The notes: generated from the letters alone by a model not told the origin. Counted from the stretch's first letter, positions 50,445 through 61,567 are shown. The stretch is DNA of 64,000 bases from an uncultured SAR86 cluster bacterium (GCA_902559345.1 CACEHH010000005.1:578-64577); one strand, 5' to 3'. Program-made: numbers and translations.

Positions 50445-51106
50445 TGATATAACCCATGCATATAATTTGCTAGCGCGTCGATCTCATTATCAGTCAGATT
50501 TTCTGCGATTGACTGCATAACTAGTGAAGATTCTCCAGCATTCCTTTCTTTTGATCTATAAGCTTTTAGCGAAGATGTTAAATAACCAATCTGTTGGCCA
50601 GCTATAGCAGGATACCCTGCCAAATTATTTCCTTGTCCATAAACCCCATGACAAGATGTGCATGCTGGTATTTGTTCCTTCATATTCCCAAACCTGTATA
50701 ACTGTGTTCCAAGTGAAAGCAATTCTTCATCATTTCTTGCTTGACCTACAGTTGCATTATAACTCGAATAGAAAGCGGCTATATCTAATAAATCCTTATC
50801 GCTTAATGTTTTCAAATACGGAATTACTGCCATCATTAAAACATTATTTCTTTCTTCATCTCTAAAATGCTTTAGCTGTTCAAGTAGGTATTTCTGATTC
50901 TGTCCAGCGAGTTTAGGCCAATCTGTACTAATACTGTTTCCATCAACACCATGGCAAGCAACACATGATTCAACTAATTGCGAGCCCTTATCTGCATCAC
51001 CAGAAATAAAAATTTCTGGCATTTGCATTTCTTTAGATTTATCATCAGCAGCGCTCAAGCCTATTGAAAAGCTGAAGAAAGCTATGAGAATTAATGAATG
51101 CTTCAT
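50441..51106 (-). CDS. Diheme cytochrome c4
   Basis: Two CxxCH motifs (CVACH, CTSCH), PKLAGQ and a signal peptide; divergent from engB. Confidence 0.94.
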   Translation of the reverse strand: MKHSLILIAFFSFSIGLSAADDKSKEMQMPEIFISGDADKGSQLVESCVACHGVDGNSISTDWPKLAGQNQKYLLEQLKHFRDEERNNVLMMAVIPYLKTLSDKDLLDIAAFYSSYNATVGQARNDEELLSLGTQLYRFGNMKEQIPACTSCHGVYGQGNNLAGYPAIAGQQIGYLTSSLKAYRSKERNAGESSLVMQSIAENLTDNEIDALANYMHGLYQ

Positions 51107-51174
51107 CGAAAATTAAAATGTGTGTCTTGTTGGAGTGTATTATAAACATAGGTTGATATGATATAAACGATTAA

Positions 51175-51756
51175 ATGAAAAACCTTTTTAAAAATACAGA
51201 GTTTGTTTTTGGCGTAACAAACTATAAAAATCTTCCCGAAGATGCTGGTTATGAAATTTTGCTTGCAGGAAGATCTAATGCTGGCAAATCAAGCGCCCTA
51301 AATGCCCTTACGGATAATCCAAAATTAGCCAGGATAAGCAAGACACCAGGAAGAACAACCGAGATTAATTTTTTTAAAGTTAATGATAATTTGATGCTTC
51401 TTGATCTGCCAGGATATGGGTTTGCAAAATCTAGTAAAGCCAAAAAGAAAGATTGGGGTCCGCTATTGGGAGAATACTTTCAAAAAAGAAAAGCGCTAAC
51501 AGCAGTAATAATTTTCATGGATATCAGACATCCTCTCAAAGAAAGTGACTGGGATATGATTCAACTTTGTAGAGATTTCAATGTGCCTTTTATCCCGGTA
51601 CTTACTAAAAGCGATAAGTTATCAAATAATAAAATTGCTAATGCAATTAAGCATGTTCAAAACAAAATTCACGAGGCAGACTCAATAGCTGTTTCGTCAA
51701 AAGATATCACTGGTTTTGACAAGCTTTCGAAAGAAATACTAAACTTTATAAATTAA
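51175..51756 (+). CDS. engB: Ribosome biogenesis GTPase EngB (YihA/YsxC)
   Basis: GRSNAGKSS, SKTPGRT, DLPGYG and TKSDKL. Confidence 0.96.
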   Translation: MKNLFKNTEFVFGVTNYKNLPEDAGYEILLAGRSNAGKSSALNALTDNPKLARISKTPGRTTEINFFKVNDNLMLLDLPGYGFAKSSKAKKKDWGPLLGEYFQKRKALTAVIIFMDIRHPLKESDWDMIQLCRDFNVPFIPVLTKSDKLSNNKIANAIKHVQNKIHEADSIAVSSKDITGFDKLSKEILNFIN

Positions 51757-52259
51757 TGCTTGAATATCAAAAACAAGATTGTGATTTAACGCTACAAGAA
51801 GGTTTAGAGTGTTATTACAACTCGTTTCCTGAGTCTACGGAAGTGCTCATGGACACTCAAGAGTCTGGGACCATGATGCGAGACCATGACTGCACACACG
51901 TAATTTTTGGTTTAGATATTTCTTTAGAGCAGGAAGCTATTTTGGATACCTGGGTTATATGGGGCAGTAAATGGAAACTAAAGTATTTACTTGGATACAA
52001 TAAACTTCCTGAAATTAAACAATTAACTAAAGATTTATTTAAAGAGCTAGGCATTTTGGGTTTTTTAAAACTATATTGGAGAGTTGTCAGTATAAAAAGA
52101 AAGGTTATATTTAGAGCTTTTAAAATGAAGAAGAAATGGCCATTTAAAGTTCCAGAAGAATATCTCTCTATGAAAATCTCAGATCTGAGAGAAAAACATG
52201 GCATCCAAGTATTGCTTGGAGAGGAAATGAAATACGTTCCAATAGAGCGAGTTAATTAA
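51756..52259 (+). CDS. Hypothetical protein with Coq4-like metal-binding motif
   Basis: HDCTH-x11-E (HDCTHVIFGLDISLEQE) and C-terminal ISDLREKHGI, both reminiscent of the Coq4 family. Confidence 0.55.
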   Translation: MLEYQKQDCDLTLQEGLECYYNSFPESTEVLMDTQESGTMMRDHDCTHVIFGLDISLEQEAILDTWVIWGSKWKLKYLLGYNKLPEIKQLTKDLFKELGILGFLKLYWRVVSIKRKVIFRAFKMKKKWPFKVPEEYLSMKISDLREKHGIQVLLGEEMKYVPIERVN

Positions 52260-52263
52260 TCAT

Positions 52264-52710
52264 ATGAGTAATAAGATACCTCCACCAATAGTAACTTTAT
52301 TCTTTGGTCTATGTATTTACTTATCGAGACCATACTTTCCTGAATTTAGTTCTTCCTTGCTAAACTCATTAAGTGTTATTTCATTCGTGGTTGGGATATC
52401 TATTTTTGTAGCAGCAGTAAGTTCATTTAAAAAGCAGAAAACTACTGTCAATCCGATATCAATAGAAAAAGCATCCTCTTTAGTTATTAACGGGATATTT
52501 AAATATTCCCGAAACCCAATGTATTTAGGAATGTCATTTATATTGGTTGGTTTAGCTTTTAAATTTAATTTAATAGGCGGTCTATTGTTCACCAGTATAT
52601 TTATGTCATTTATAACAATATTTCAAATTAAACCAGAAGAAGTTGCTATGGAGAAACTTTTCAAACAACAATGGAAAGACTACATTAAAAATGTAAGGAG
52701 ATGGTTATAA
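52264..52710 (+). CDS. Isoprenylcysteine carboxyl methyltransferase / PEMT-family membrane protein
   Basis: TTVNP, LVINGIFKYSRNPMYLG, IKPEE..LF and Y..VRRWL. Confidence 0.88.
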   Translation: MSNKIPPPIVTLFFGLCIYLSRPYFPEFSSSLLNSLSVISFVVGISIFVAAVSSFKKQKTTVNPISIEKASSLVINGIFKYSRNPMYLGMSFILVGLAFKFNLIGGLLFTSIFMSFITIFQIKPEEVAMEKLFKQQWKDYIKNVRRWL

Positions 52711-52716
52711 AAATTT

Positions 52717-55389
52717 TTAATGAGCTTCATTCCAATTAGATCCTATTGCTGCTTCAGCAATTAAAGGAATATTTAATTCTACAGTTTGCTCCATAGTATC
52801 TTTCATCTTTTCCATTACAGTATCAGCATTATCTTTTGGACACTCAAAAACTAATTCATCATGAACCTGCATGATCATCTTTACATCTGGCATTTCGTTT
52901 GAGAGAAGTTCATCAATATCGAGCATAGCTTTTTTAATAATATCTGCAGCTGATCCTTGAAGTGGGGCATTAATAGCTGCCCTTTCAGCAGCTTGTCTTC
53001 TTAAACCATTAGCAGCATTGATTTCATTAAGGTAAAGGCGTCTTCCCATAATGGTTTCTACATATTTATCTTCTTTTGCTTGGGCTTTTATATTGTCCAT
53101 ATAATCTCTAACACCGGTGTATCTTGCAAAATAAGTATCTAAATATTCTTGGGCTTCTCCTCTAGGAATGCCTAGCTGCCTTGTAAGCCCAAAAGCCGAC
53201 ATGCCGTACATTAATCCAAAATTAATGGCTTTAGCGCTTCTTCTTTGGTCTTGACTCACATCATCTATTGCAACACCAAAAACTTCTGCTGCAGTTGATG
53301 AATGAACATCGATATCATTATTAAAGGCATGAGTTAAATTTTTATCTTGAGATAAATGAGCCATGATTCTTAATTCGATTTGGGAATAATCAGCCGATAT
53401 AAGAACATTTCCTTTTTCGGGTACAAAAGCTTCTCTTATTCTTCTGCCCTCAGCAGTCTTTATTGGAATATTCTGAAGATTAGGTTCTGTAGATGATAGC
53501 CTTCCTGTTGAAGTTACTGCCTGTTGATATGAGGTATGTATTCTTTCTGTCATAGGATTTTCTATGTTTATAAGACTGTCAGTATATGTTGATTTTAGTT
53601 TTGCTAATGTTCTGTATTGCAAAATAATTTTCGGTAACTCATATTCTTCTGAGAGTCTTTTAAGAGTATCTTCATTGGTTGAAGGTTGTCCTTTTGGTGT
53701 CTTTTTAAGAACTGGCAAGCCTTGTTTTTCATATAAAATTTCAAGAAGTTGTTTTGGAGAATCCAAATTAAACTCTTCTCCAGCTATCTTATAAGCTTCC
53801 GATGAAAGGCCGTCTATCTTTTCTCCAAGTTCTTTAGAGTGATTAGCTAATTTTTTCTTATCTATCTTTGCTCCATTTTGCTCAACCCGTGATAAAACAT
53901 GAACAAGTGGGTATTCAATATCCTCTAATAGTTTTTCTTGAACAGGCTTTTCTTTAAGCATTGGTGCTAAAACATTGTAAAGTCTCAAAGTTATGTCAGC
54001 ATCTTCAGCTGCATAATCTGATGCGATATCTAACTTAACTTCAGCAAAACTAATTTGCTTTGAAGCAGTTCCAGTTACATCGGTGTATTTGGTAGTTGTA
54101 TAATTCAAGTAATAATCTGCCAGCCTGTCCATTCCATGCCTAGTTGCAGTACTGTTCAACACATAAGACATCAACATGGTATCAGCAAGAAATTTTGTCA
54201 TTTTAATTCCATGCCTAGCTAAGATTGGAATATCAAATTTCAAATTTTGCCCTACCGCTTTATCCTGATTTTTTTCTATAGCTGGACCGAGATTTTCTAC
54301 TACATAGTCCATGTCTAATTGCTTTGGGCAATCTTCATAAGAGTGTGCGATTGGTATATAACAACCTTCATTTTCAGAAACGGATAGAGAAATGCCTATT
54401 AAATTTGCTGAAACTGTGTTTACAGAATCTGTCTCTGTGTCTATAGCAAAAGCTTTTGATTTATTAATCTTAGCAATCCAAGCTTTAAGCCCTTTTTCAT
54501 CCAAAATAGTTTCATATTTAGAATCTTTTTTAGGAGCTTCTTTTTCTTTGTTTTTGTCGACTGCCTTAAATTCTAATTCAGCAAAAATTTTATCAAGCTC
54601 CACTTCATTAGGATTAAATGCTAAAAGATCTTCAAATGATTGATTTATATCAACATCATTCTTTAGAGAAACTAGCTCAACGTTTCTATCGAGGTCATCG
54701 AGAGCATTTCTAAGATTTTCTCCAACAACTCCTTTTATTGATTCAGCGTTTTCTTTAATGCTATTTAGATCGCCATATTCATTTAGCCATTTAGCTGCCG
54801 TCTTTTGTCCTACTTTTGGAACTCCTGGTATATTGTCAGAAGTATCCCCTACCAAGGCAAGCATATCTCTTATTTGATTTGGTTTTACGCCGAATTTTTC
54901 AAATACGCTCTCTTCATTAAAAATTTTATGCTTCATCGTATCCATCATTGTGATGTGTGGATCTTCAACAAGCTGCATAAGATCTTTGTCTAAAGAAGAA
55001 ATAACACATTTATATTTTGCATCTTTTGCCATCTTTGTGATTGTTGCAATCACATCATCTGCTTCAACACCCTCTATTTCAATCAAAGGGAATCCTATTG
55101 CACGACAAATTGATTTAACAGGAATTAACTGGTCTCGCAATTCGTCTGGCATAGGTGGTCTATTAGCTTTATATTCCGAATATATATCACTTCTAAAGGT
55201 TTTTCCTTTAGCATCAAATACAACAATTATTGATGATCCTTCGCTGTCTTTTTTGAGATTCATTAGCATGTTTGTAACTCCCTTCACCGCGCCTGTAGGC
55301 TGGCCAGAAGAAGTGCTTAATGGAGGCATTGCGTGGTAAGCTCTATAAAGATAAGAGGACCCATCTATAACAAATATTCTATCTTTCAT
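52717..55389 (-). CDS. polA: DNA polymerase I
   Basis: 5'-3' exonuclease (IDGSSYLYRAYHA), 3'-5' exonuclease (AIDTET) and polymerase motifs DYSQIELR, AKAINFGLMYG and QVHDELV. Confidence 0.98.
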   Translation of the reverse strand: MKDRIFVIDGSSYLYRAYHAMPPLSTSSGQPTGAVKGVTNMLMNLKKDSEGSSIIVVFDAKGKTFRSDIYSEYKANRPPMPDELRDQLIPVKSICRAIGFPLIEIEGVEADDVIATITKMAKDAKYKCVISSLDKDLMQLVEDPHITMMDTMKHKIFNEESVFEKFGVKPNQIRDMLALVGDTSDNIPGVPKVGQKTAAKWLNEYGDLNSIKENAESIKGVVGENLRNALDDLDRNVELVSLKNDVDINQSFEDLLAFNPNEVELDKIFAELEFKAVDKNKEKEAPKKDSKYETILDEKGLKAWIAKINKSKAFAIDTETDSVNTVSANLIGISLSVSENEGCYIPIAHSYEDCPKQLDMDYVVENLGPAIEKNQDKAVGQNLKFDIPILARHGIKMTKFLADTMLMSYVLNSTATRHGMDRLADYYLNYTTTKYTDVTGTASKQISFAEVKLDIASDYAAEDADITLRLYNVLAPMLKEKPVQEKLLEDIEYPLVHVLSRVEQNGAKIDKKKLANHSKELGEKIDGLSSEAYKIAGEEFNLDSPKQLLEILYEKQGLPVLKKTPKGQPSTNEDTLKRLSEEYELPKIILQYRTLAKLKSTYTDSLINIENPMTERIHTSYQQAVTSTGRLSSTEPNLQNIPIKTAEGRRIREAFVPEKGNVLISADYSQIELRIMAHLSQDKNLTHAFNNDIDVHSSTAAEVFGVAIDDVSQDQRRSAKAINFGLMYGMSAFGLTRQLGIPRGEAQEYLDTYFARYTGVRDYMDNIKAQAKEDKYVETIMGRRLYLNEINAANGLRRQAAERAAINAPLQGSAADIIKKAMLDIDELLSNEMPDVKMIMQVHDELVFECPKDNADTVMEKMKDTMEQTVELNIPLIAEAAIGSNWNEAH

Positions 55390-55452
55390 GATTAAGTTTT
55401 ATATGATGTATTATGACTCTTGTTTTTCTATAATGGAAAAAATTAAATAAAA

Positions 55453-55938
55453 ATGTTTAAAAAGATTTTCAATACTCATTTCGAATTAGGGGTCGCCGTT
55501 TCTTCAGTAATGATAGTTGTATTGGCCATCGCAATGGATTTGATATTCTTCCTGCAAGCTTGTCCGATGTGTATATTAACTAGATATGTTTTTATGCTTG
55601 TTGCCGTCTCTGGGCTTATAGCGTTTTTAATAAACAAAAAGGTTGCTGGCCATATCTTAATACTAATCTCTAGTATTTTAGGCTTGTTGGTAACATCAAG
55701 ACAGATTTATATACAAAATATGTCTTTAGAATATATAGATATGCTCTCAGGGTGCAGCATGCCGTTTCATACCCAGGTTGAATATTTTGGTCTTATCGAG
55801 GCGATATCAAGAACTCTGGCAGGAGGTCCAAGTTGTGCAGAAGATGGATGGCGATTTGTATTAAATTTTGCTGAATGGGGTTTTGTATTTTTCTTTATAT
55901 ACTTAATATCAACATTATTTAAGATGAGACGTGTTTAA
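55453..55938 (+). CDS. dsbB: Disulfide bond formation protein DsbB
   Basis: Four TM helices, ACPMCILTR and a second periplasmic Cys pair (GCSMP...PSCAE). Confidence 0.88.
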   Translation: MFKKIFNTHFELGVAVSSVMIVVLAIAMDLIFFLQACPMCILTRYVFMLVAVSGLIAFLINKKVAGHILILISSILGLLVTSRQIYIQNMSLEYIDMLSGCSMPFHTQVEYFGLIEAISRTLAGGPSCAEDGWRFVLNFAEWGFVFFFIYLISTLFKMRRV

Positions 55939-55950
55939 AATCCCTTTTTT

Positions 55951-55965
55951 TGTAGTAAAGCTACA
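55951..55965. promoter_or_regulatory. HexR-like operator TGTAGTAAAGCTACA upstream of pckA
   Basis: Exact fit to the palindromic TGTAR-N5-YTACA pattern; in the long intergenic region ~190 nt before pckA. Confidence 0.5.
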
Positions 55966-56156
55966 CAATATATCAACAAAAAATCCTTTATTTAAAGCAA
56001 TTTAAAATATCATTGACTTTTTTAGGCTAATAAATTTTACTAGACTACATATTTATTTAAATAATTGCTAACGTAACATATATTATAGGTACATAATTAT
56101 TTCCTCTAAATATATAATTATTCTCCCCAAGTACCTATAATATTTGTTAGTAATAT

Positions 56157-57710
56157 ATGAACAATCAATCTCAAACTTCTCAGGCTCTTGAGCTTAGCAC
56201 TGAAGAGCTTATCCAAGCTGCAGTTGATAATGGCGAAGGGGTCATTGCTACCAATGGTGCGTTTTCAACAGCAACTGGTGAAAGAACAGGAAGAAGTCCT
56301 GATGATAGATTTATAGTTAAAGAACCAGGAACTTCTGATCTCATAGATTGGGGTCAGATTAACAAGCCTTTTAAAGAAGATGCATTTGATGCCCTGTGGA
56401 ATAAAGTTGAATCATATTTAGCAGAAAATAATAGGTATGTGTCTTTTGTTCATGTTGGGTCACATGATGAGCATTATTTACCTGTTAAAATTACCACCGA
56501 AACTGCATGGCATTCTCTTTTTGCTAGACTAATCTTTGTTTGCACAGAAAGCTATAACCCTTCAAAAAAACAAGATTGGCAAATTATTAGCGCGGCTAAT
56601 TTTGAATGCGTTCCTGAAGTAGATGGAACTAATTCAGATGGTTGTGTTGTTATTAATTTTGCTAAGAGAAAAGTAATTATTGCTGGTATTAAGTATGCAG
56701 GTGAAATGAAAAAATCTATGTTCTCGGTTCAAAATTTCTTACTTCCTGAAAAAGGAGTTTTGCCCATGCATTGTTCTGCAAATGTAAATACAAAAGGCGA
56801 TGTTGCATTGTTTTTTGGTCTTTCAGGAACTGGCAAAACAACTTTGTCTGCTGACCCACAATGCTCATTGATTGGCGATGATGAACATGGCTGGAGTCCT
56901 GGGTCAGTCTTTAATTTTGAGGGCGGTTGTTATGCAAAAACAATTAACCTCACAGAGGAAAATGAACCAGTTATATTTAAAGCAATCAAACATGGCAGTG
57001 TTATCGAAAATGTATTCCTAAACGACGCAAACGAACCTGATTATTCAAATACCTCGCTATCCGAAAATGGAAGATGTTGTTACCCGAGATCTCATATCGA
57101 TGCTGCAGTCGATGAAAATGCAGCTGGAGAGCCAAAAACTGTAATATTTTTAACATGCGACTTAACTGGCTTAATACCTCCTGTATCTATTTTATCTAAA
57201 GAAAGTGCTGCTTATCATTTTCTCAGTGGTTATACGGCTAAGGTAGGTTCTACTGAAATGGGTTCTAGATCTGATATAGAGTCTACATTTTCAACATGTT
57301 TTGGAGCTCCTTTCTTTCCTAGGCCAGCCAACGTGTATGCTGATCTGCTTATGGAAAGGGTCGAAGATTTTAGTGCAAAAGTCTATTTAGTTAATACAGG
57401 TTGGACTGGTGGGCCATATGGCGTGGGCTCTAGGTTTGACATTCCAACAACTAGAAGAGTTGTTAATGCCATTCAAGATGGAGAGCTTGATGGAGTAGAA
57501 ACTGAGACGGTTCCAGGACTTAATTTAAGCATTCCTATAGAAGTTGATGGAGTTGATTCTAATTTACTTAATCCAATCAATACATGGGAAAATAAGGAAG
57601 AATATAATAAATACCTGAAAGAACTAATTATAAAGTTTCAAGAAAACTTTAAGAAATTTGATGTTAAACCTGAAATAGTAAAAGCTGGTCCGGGATTTAA
57701 TGACAAATGA
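56157..57710 (+). CDS. pckA: Phosphoenolpyruvate carboxykinase (ATP)
   Basis: [30 protein letters not shown] and [18 protein letters not shown]. Confidence 0.97.
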   Translation: MNNQSQTSQALELSTEELIQAAVDNGEGVIATNGAFSTATGERTGRSPDDRFIVKEPGTSDLIDWGQINKPFKEDAFDALWNKVESYLAENNRYVSFVHVGSHDEHYLPVKITTETAWHSLFARLIFVCTESYNPSKKQDWQIISAANFECVPEVDGTNSDGCVVINFAKRKVIIAGIKYAGEMKKSMFSVQNFLLPEKGVLPMHCSANVNTKGDVALFFGLSGTGKTTLSADPQCSLIGDDEHGWSPGSVFNFEGGCYAKTINLTEENEPVIFKAIKHGSVIENVFLNDANEPDYSNTSLSENGRCCYPRSHIDAAVDENAAGEPKTVIFLTCDLTGLIPPVSILSKESAAYHFLSGYTAKVGSTEMGSRSDIESTFSTCFGAPFFPRPANVYADLLMERVEDFSAKVYLVNTGWTGGPYGVGSRFDIPTTRRVVNAIQDGELDGVETETVPGLNLSIPIEVDGVDSNLLNPINTWENKEEYNKYLKELIIKFQENFKKFDVKPEIVKAGPGFNDK

Positions 57711-59220
57711 ATCATTAATAAATAGGCTCAATGATCTCAAAAATAATGGGTTCTTCGATCGCTTGGTTATCAAAAGAGGAATCGAAAAAGAATTTTTTAG
57801 GGTTGATAAAAAGGGCTTCATTTCTAAAAAATCACATCCAAAATCTCTAGGATCTGCATTAAAAAATAAATACATTACGACTGATTTTTCAGAAGCTCAG
57901 GTTGAATTAGTAACTCCGACGTTTGAGGATGTTGACGAGCTTTATGACTTTTTATATTCCCTTCATGTCTTTGTTGCAAATAATTTAGAAGATGGTGAAA
58001 TGTTGTGGCCTTTTTCTATGCCCCCTAAGATTAAAGACGAATCCGAAATTAATATTGGATATTATCATCAGTCAGGTGATGGTTTATTAAAACATGTTTA
58101 TAGAAAAGGCTTGAAAGTTAGGTACGGTGCAACCATGCAGTGTGTTTCAGGTATGCACTATAATTTTTCTATAAATCAAAATTCTTTTTCTGCCTTATTT
58201 AACTCGACTGACCAAAAAAGCATTAATGATGCATACCTTGGCCTTATACGAAACTTTAAAAGAATCTTTTGGTTTGTATTATCTGAATTTGGGCAAACAA
58301 ATGTAGTTGATAAGTCCTTTGTAAAAAATAGAAGCCACAACCTTAGTGAATTAAATAAAAATGATTTGTACTTGGAAAATGCTACCTCTTTGAGAATGAG
58401 TGAAATTGGATACCAAAGCGAGGCACAAAAAAGTCTAGACATTAAATACAACTCGCTAAGCGGGTTTCTTCAAAAAATTAAAAATGCGATTACTGTTCCT
58501 TTTGTGGATTATAAAAAGAAGGGATTGCTGGATTCAAATGGAGAATACCATCAAATATCTGATGGAGTTATACAGATTGAGAATGAATATTATGATTCAA
58601 TAAGACCAAAAAGGTCTGCTTCTAATAATTTAAGACCATACGACCTCTTAAAAGATTTTGGCATTGAATATCTGGAGATTAGAGGGGTTGATATTTCGCC
58701 ATCTGATATAACTGGAATGTCTAAGCATCATATAAGGTTTCTTGATCTTATACTTATATATTGCTTAATATCACCAAGCCCCAAAATGACGCCTGAAGAA
58801 AAAAGCGAAATAGACGCAAATGAAAAGGTTTCAATATATGAAGGTAAAAATAAAAACTCTAAGATAAATATAGATGGAAATAAAGTTAGCATTAAAAGTG
58901 CTAGAAAAGACATGCTTGAGAGTCTAAAAAATATTGCTGATTTTATGAATGATAGTGATTTATTCCATACCGCTATTAAGCACGTAACAAAATTGCCCAA
59001 AGGCCAACTTCCAAAGGTTTCATTTCATAAAGATGGGGTTGAGAAATCTAAATCAAATCTTTTAGAGCTAAAATCTTCAGAAGGTAAATATATTGATAGT
59101 ATTAAAAAAGAGGCCGAGCTATCATTAGAAGAGCTAGAGAAGATGCATATAGATAGTGAAGAAGAAATGAATGAATTTGTTAAAAACTATAATTTAAGTC
59201 TTTTAGGGGAGAAATTATGA
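57700..59220 (+). CDS. gshA: Glutamate-cysteine ligase
   Basis: [41 protein letters not shown] and [13 protein letters not shown]. Confidence 0.95.
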   Translation: MTNESLINRLNDLKNNGFFDRLVIKRGIEKEFFRVDKKGFISKKSHPKSLGSALKNKYITTDFSEAQVELVTPTFEDVDELYDFLYSLHVFVANNLEDGEMLWPFSMPPKIKDESEINIGYYHQSGDGLLKHVYRKGLKVRYGATMQCVSGMHYNFSINQNSFSALFNSTDQKSINDAYLGLIRNFKRIFWFVLSEFGQTNVVDKSFVKNRSHNLSELNKNDLYLENATSLRMSEIGYQSEAQKSLDIKYNSLSGFLQKIKNAITVPFVDYKKKGLLDSNGEYHQISDGVIQIENEYYDSIRPKRSASNNLRPYDLLKDFGIEYLEIRGVDISPSDITGMSKHHIRFLDLILIYCLISPSPKMTPEEKSEIDANEKVSIYEGKNKNSKINIDGNKVSIKSARKDMLESLKNIADFMNDSDLFHTAIKHVTKLPKGQLPKVSFHKDGVEKSKSNLLELKSSEGKYIDSIKKEAELSLEELEKMHIDSEEEMNEFVKNYNLSLLGEKL

Positions 59221-60215
59221 AAGCATTACAATGTGTTGAGCTGGGTATGCCAGACAAGTTAGAAGTGAACGAGGTTCCAGATCCTGAGGTTCTTCCGGAT
59301 CATGTTTTAATTGAAAATAAAGCAGCCAGTGTAAATTTTCCTGATGTATTAATGATTCAGGGTTTGTACCAATTTCAACCAGAATTACCTTTCACTCCTG
59401 GTGGTGAGTCTGCTGGAATAGTATCTGCCGTTGGTGATGGGGTTGAGAATATTGAGGTTGGTGACAGAGTGTTTGCTATGACAGGATTAGGCGCATTTTC
59501 TCAAAAAATTGTTGCTCCCAAACATGCTGTTGTAAAAATTCCTGATTCTATGGATTTTGAAACTGCTGCCGCACTACCTATGACATATGGAACATCCCTA
59601 TATGCTCTTAAGCAAAGAGCTGAACTAAAAGAAGGGGAAACTCTTTTAGTGCTTGGAGCCGCTGGTGGGGTTGGCTTGGCTACTGTAGAGCTTGGTAAAG
59701 CAATGGGCGCTAAAGTTATTGCAGCAGCATCAACGCAAGAGAAAGTAGATTTATGCAAGAAACATGGTGCTGATGAAGGATTTATATACCCAATTGGAAA
59801 ACTAGATAGAGATCAACAAAAAGAACTTTCCTCTAAAATCAAAGAACTAACAGGAGGCATGGGCGCAAATGTTGTCTACGATCCTGTTGGTGATGATTAT
59901 TCTGAACCTTGTATTAGAGCAACAGCTTGGGATGGAAGATATTTGGTTATTGGTTTTGCCGCAGGGGAAATTCCAAAAATTCCTATTAATCTCGCCCTTT
60001 TAAAAGGCATGAAGATAGTAGGTGTTTTTTGGGGAGCCTGGGTTGGAATGTTTCCAGAGGAAAATAAGAAGAATTTTGAAGAGCTATTCAAACTTCATTC
60101 TGAAGGAAAAATAAATCCTGAAGTGTCTGATTCCTTTAACTTAGATGATGGTGCTCAAGCCATAGCTCATTTAAAAGATAGAAAGGCAAAGGGCAAAGTA
60201 ATTATTAAGATTTGA
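59217..60215 (+). CDS. NADPH:quinone oxidoreductase family (MDR superfamily)
   Basis: VNFPDVL, PFTPGGE, LGAAGGVGLA, VYDPVG and IGFAAG. Confidence 0.9.
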   Translation: MKALQCVELGMPDKLEVNEVPDPEVLPDHVLIENKAASVNFPDVLMIQGLYQFQPELPFTPGGESAGIVSAVGDGVENIEVGDRVFAMTGLGAFSQKIVAPKHAVVKIPDSMDFETAAALPMTYGTSLYALKQRAELKEGETLLVLGAAGGVGLATVELGKAMGAKVIAAASTQEKVDLCKKHGADEGFIYPIGKLDRDQQKELSSKIKELTGGMGANVVYDPVGDDYSEPCIRATAWDGRYLVIGFAAGEIPKIPINLALLKGMKIVGVFWGAWVGMFPEENKKNFEELFKLHSEGKINPEVSDSFNLDDGAQAIAHLKDRKAKGKVIIKI

Positions 60216-61567
60216 AATTATTTTTGAAGAAAACATTAATCATTCTATTTTCTTTATTGATAGTTTCATGCGGAGGTGGTTCATCTTCTGCGTCTGATAT
60301 GGACAACGATCCAATTGCCCCGCCCCAAACATATCCTACTCACCCACTTGTTTGGGATGTTGTAACACCAGAATCTGTTGGGATGAGTTCTTCAGGTTTA
60401 GAACAGGCCTTTGATTACGTATTTCAAGATGGCTCTTTTACACAAGCTGCCGTAGTAATAAAAGATGGCAAATTGGTTTATGAAAGATATAGGGGTATGA
60501 CCGACAATGAGGCAAATATACTTGCTTCAACATTAAGCGAGAATGGTGATTTTTATAAAAGTCTCTATGCGCAACGTAATCAAAATAGTTATATTAGTTC
60601 TTGGTCAACAGCAAAATCATTTGCCAGCTTTTTAATTGGGATTGCGGTTGAATCTGGTGCAATTAACTCGATTGAAGATTCTGCATCAAACTATATTACA
60701 GAATGGTCATCTGATGAAAGATCATCAATTTCCATTAAAGATTTATTAGATATGCGCTCAGGCTTGCCGCCAGCCTGCTTCAATTTTGTAACAGGTGAAA
60801 TAGGAGAATGTCTTAATGCTAGTGATTCAAGTAGTGGAGGTAATATTGTTTATGCCGATGACCAGCTCACAAAATGTATTGATAGAGATCTTGCCGCCGA
60901 GGGTGTAACTCATCCATGGTTTGAGAACGGATTAACTGTTTATTCAAGAGGTGCATTTCAGTATTCTAATTGTGACACTATGGTGCTTGGAGAAATAATC
61001 TTCAGAGCTACAGGACAAGATATTCAAACCTATGCAGAATATAATTTATTTTCAAAAATTGGTATTGATGCCTCTTGGTGGAGAGACTTTACAAGCTCAG
61101 GACAATCTAACGGAAATTATTTAGCCTATTGTTGTTTAGACAGCACAGCCAGAGATTTTGCCAAATTTGGGCATATGCTTTTACTTAATGGGATTTGGGA
61201 AGGAAGCAATCAGAGATATAGCTCTTACGTTGACCTCATAAAAAACTTAAATTCATACGGTTTACAATTTTGGACCATATGTGCAAAAGCACAATCAAAC
61301 TCAAATTGTGATGATTGGATAATTTCAACTATTGGTTTTGATGGACAATACATAATGATAGATTTTCAGAGAAATATAGTGGTGGTTAGATCAAGTTTAT
61401 ACACTCCAATACAAAATCTTTCACAAGATAGAAAAATGAAACTAAACCCAAATAACTTAACTCAGTCTAATTGGATTGCAACCGTGCCTAATGGGTTAGG
61501 TTCATCAGCAACCCCAAATATAAGTGTAAGTGCTTTTTATGAGCTGGTGACAAATTCAATAAACTAA
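60212..61567 (+). CDS. Serine hydrolase of the beta-lactamase class C-like family, lipoprotein
   Basis: Lipobox LIVSC, SWSTAKS (SxxK), LLDMRSGL, FQYSN, TARDFAKFG and GFDGQY. Confidence 0.85.
   Translation: MKLFLKKTLIILFSLLIVSCGGGSSSASDMDNDPIAPPQTYPTHPLVWDVVTPESVGMSSSGLEQAFDYVFQDGSFTQAAVVIKDGKLVYERYRGMTDNEANILASTLSENGDFYKSLYAQRNQNSYISSWSTAKSFASFLIGIAVESGAINSIEDSASNYITEWSSDERSSISIKDLLDMRSGLPPACFNFVTGEIGECLNASDSSSGGNIVYADDQLTKCIDRDLAAEGVTHPWFENGLTVYSRGAFQYSNCDTMVLGEIIFRATGQDIQTYAEYNLFSKIGIDASWWRDFTSSGQSNGNYLAYCCLDSTARDFAKFGHMLLLNGIWEGSNQRYSSYVDLIKNLNSYGLQFWTICAKAQSNSNCDDWIISTIGFDGQYIMIDFQRNIVVVRSSLYTPIQNLSQDRKMKLNPNNLTQSNWIATVPNGLGSSATPNISVSAFYELVTNSIN

Noticed and set aside
53564-55339. Several 60-130 aa plus-strand ORFs inside polA (and similar short antisense ORFs throughout the track)
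   Set aside because: All overlap well-supported genes on the opposite strand or in another frame and lack motifs or ribosome-binding sites.
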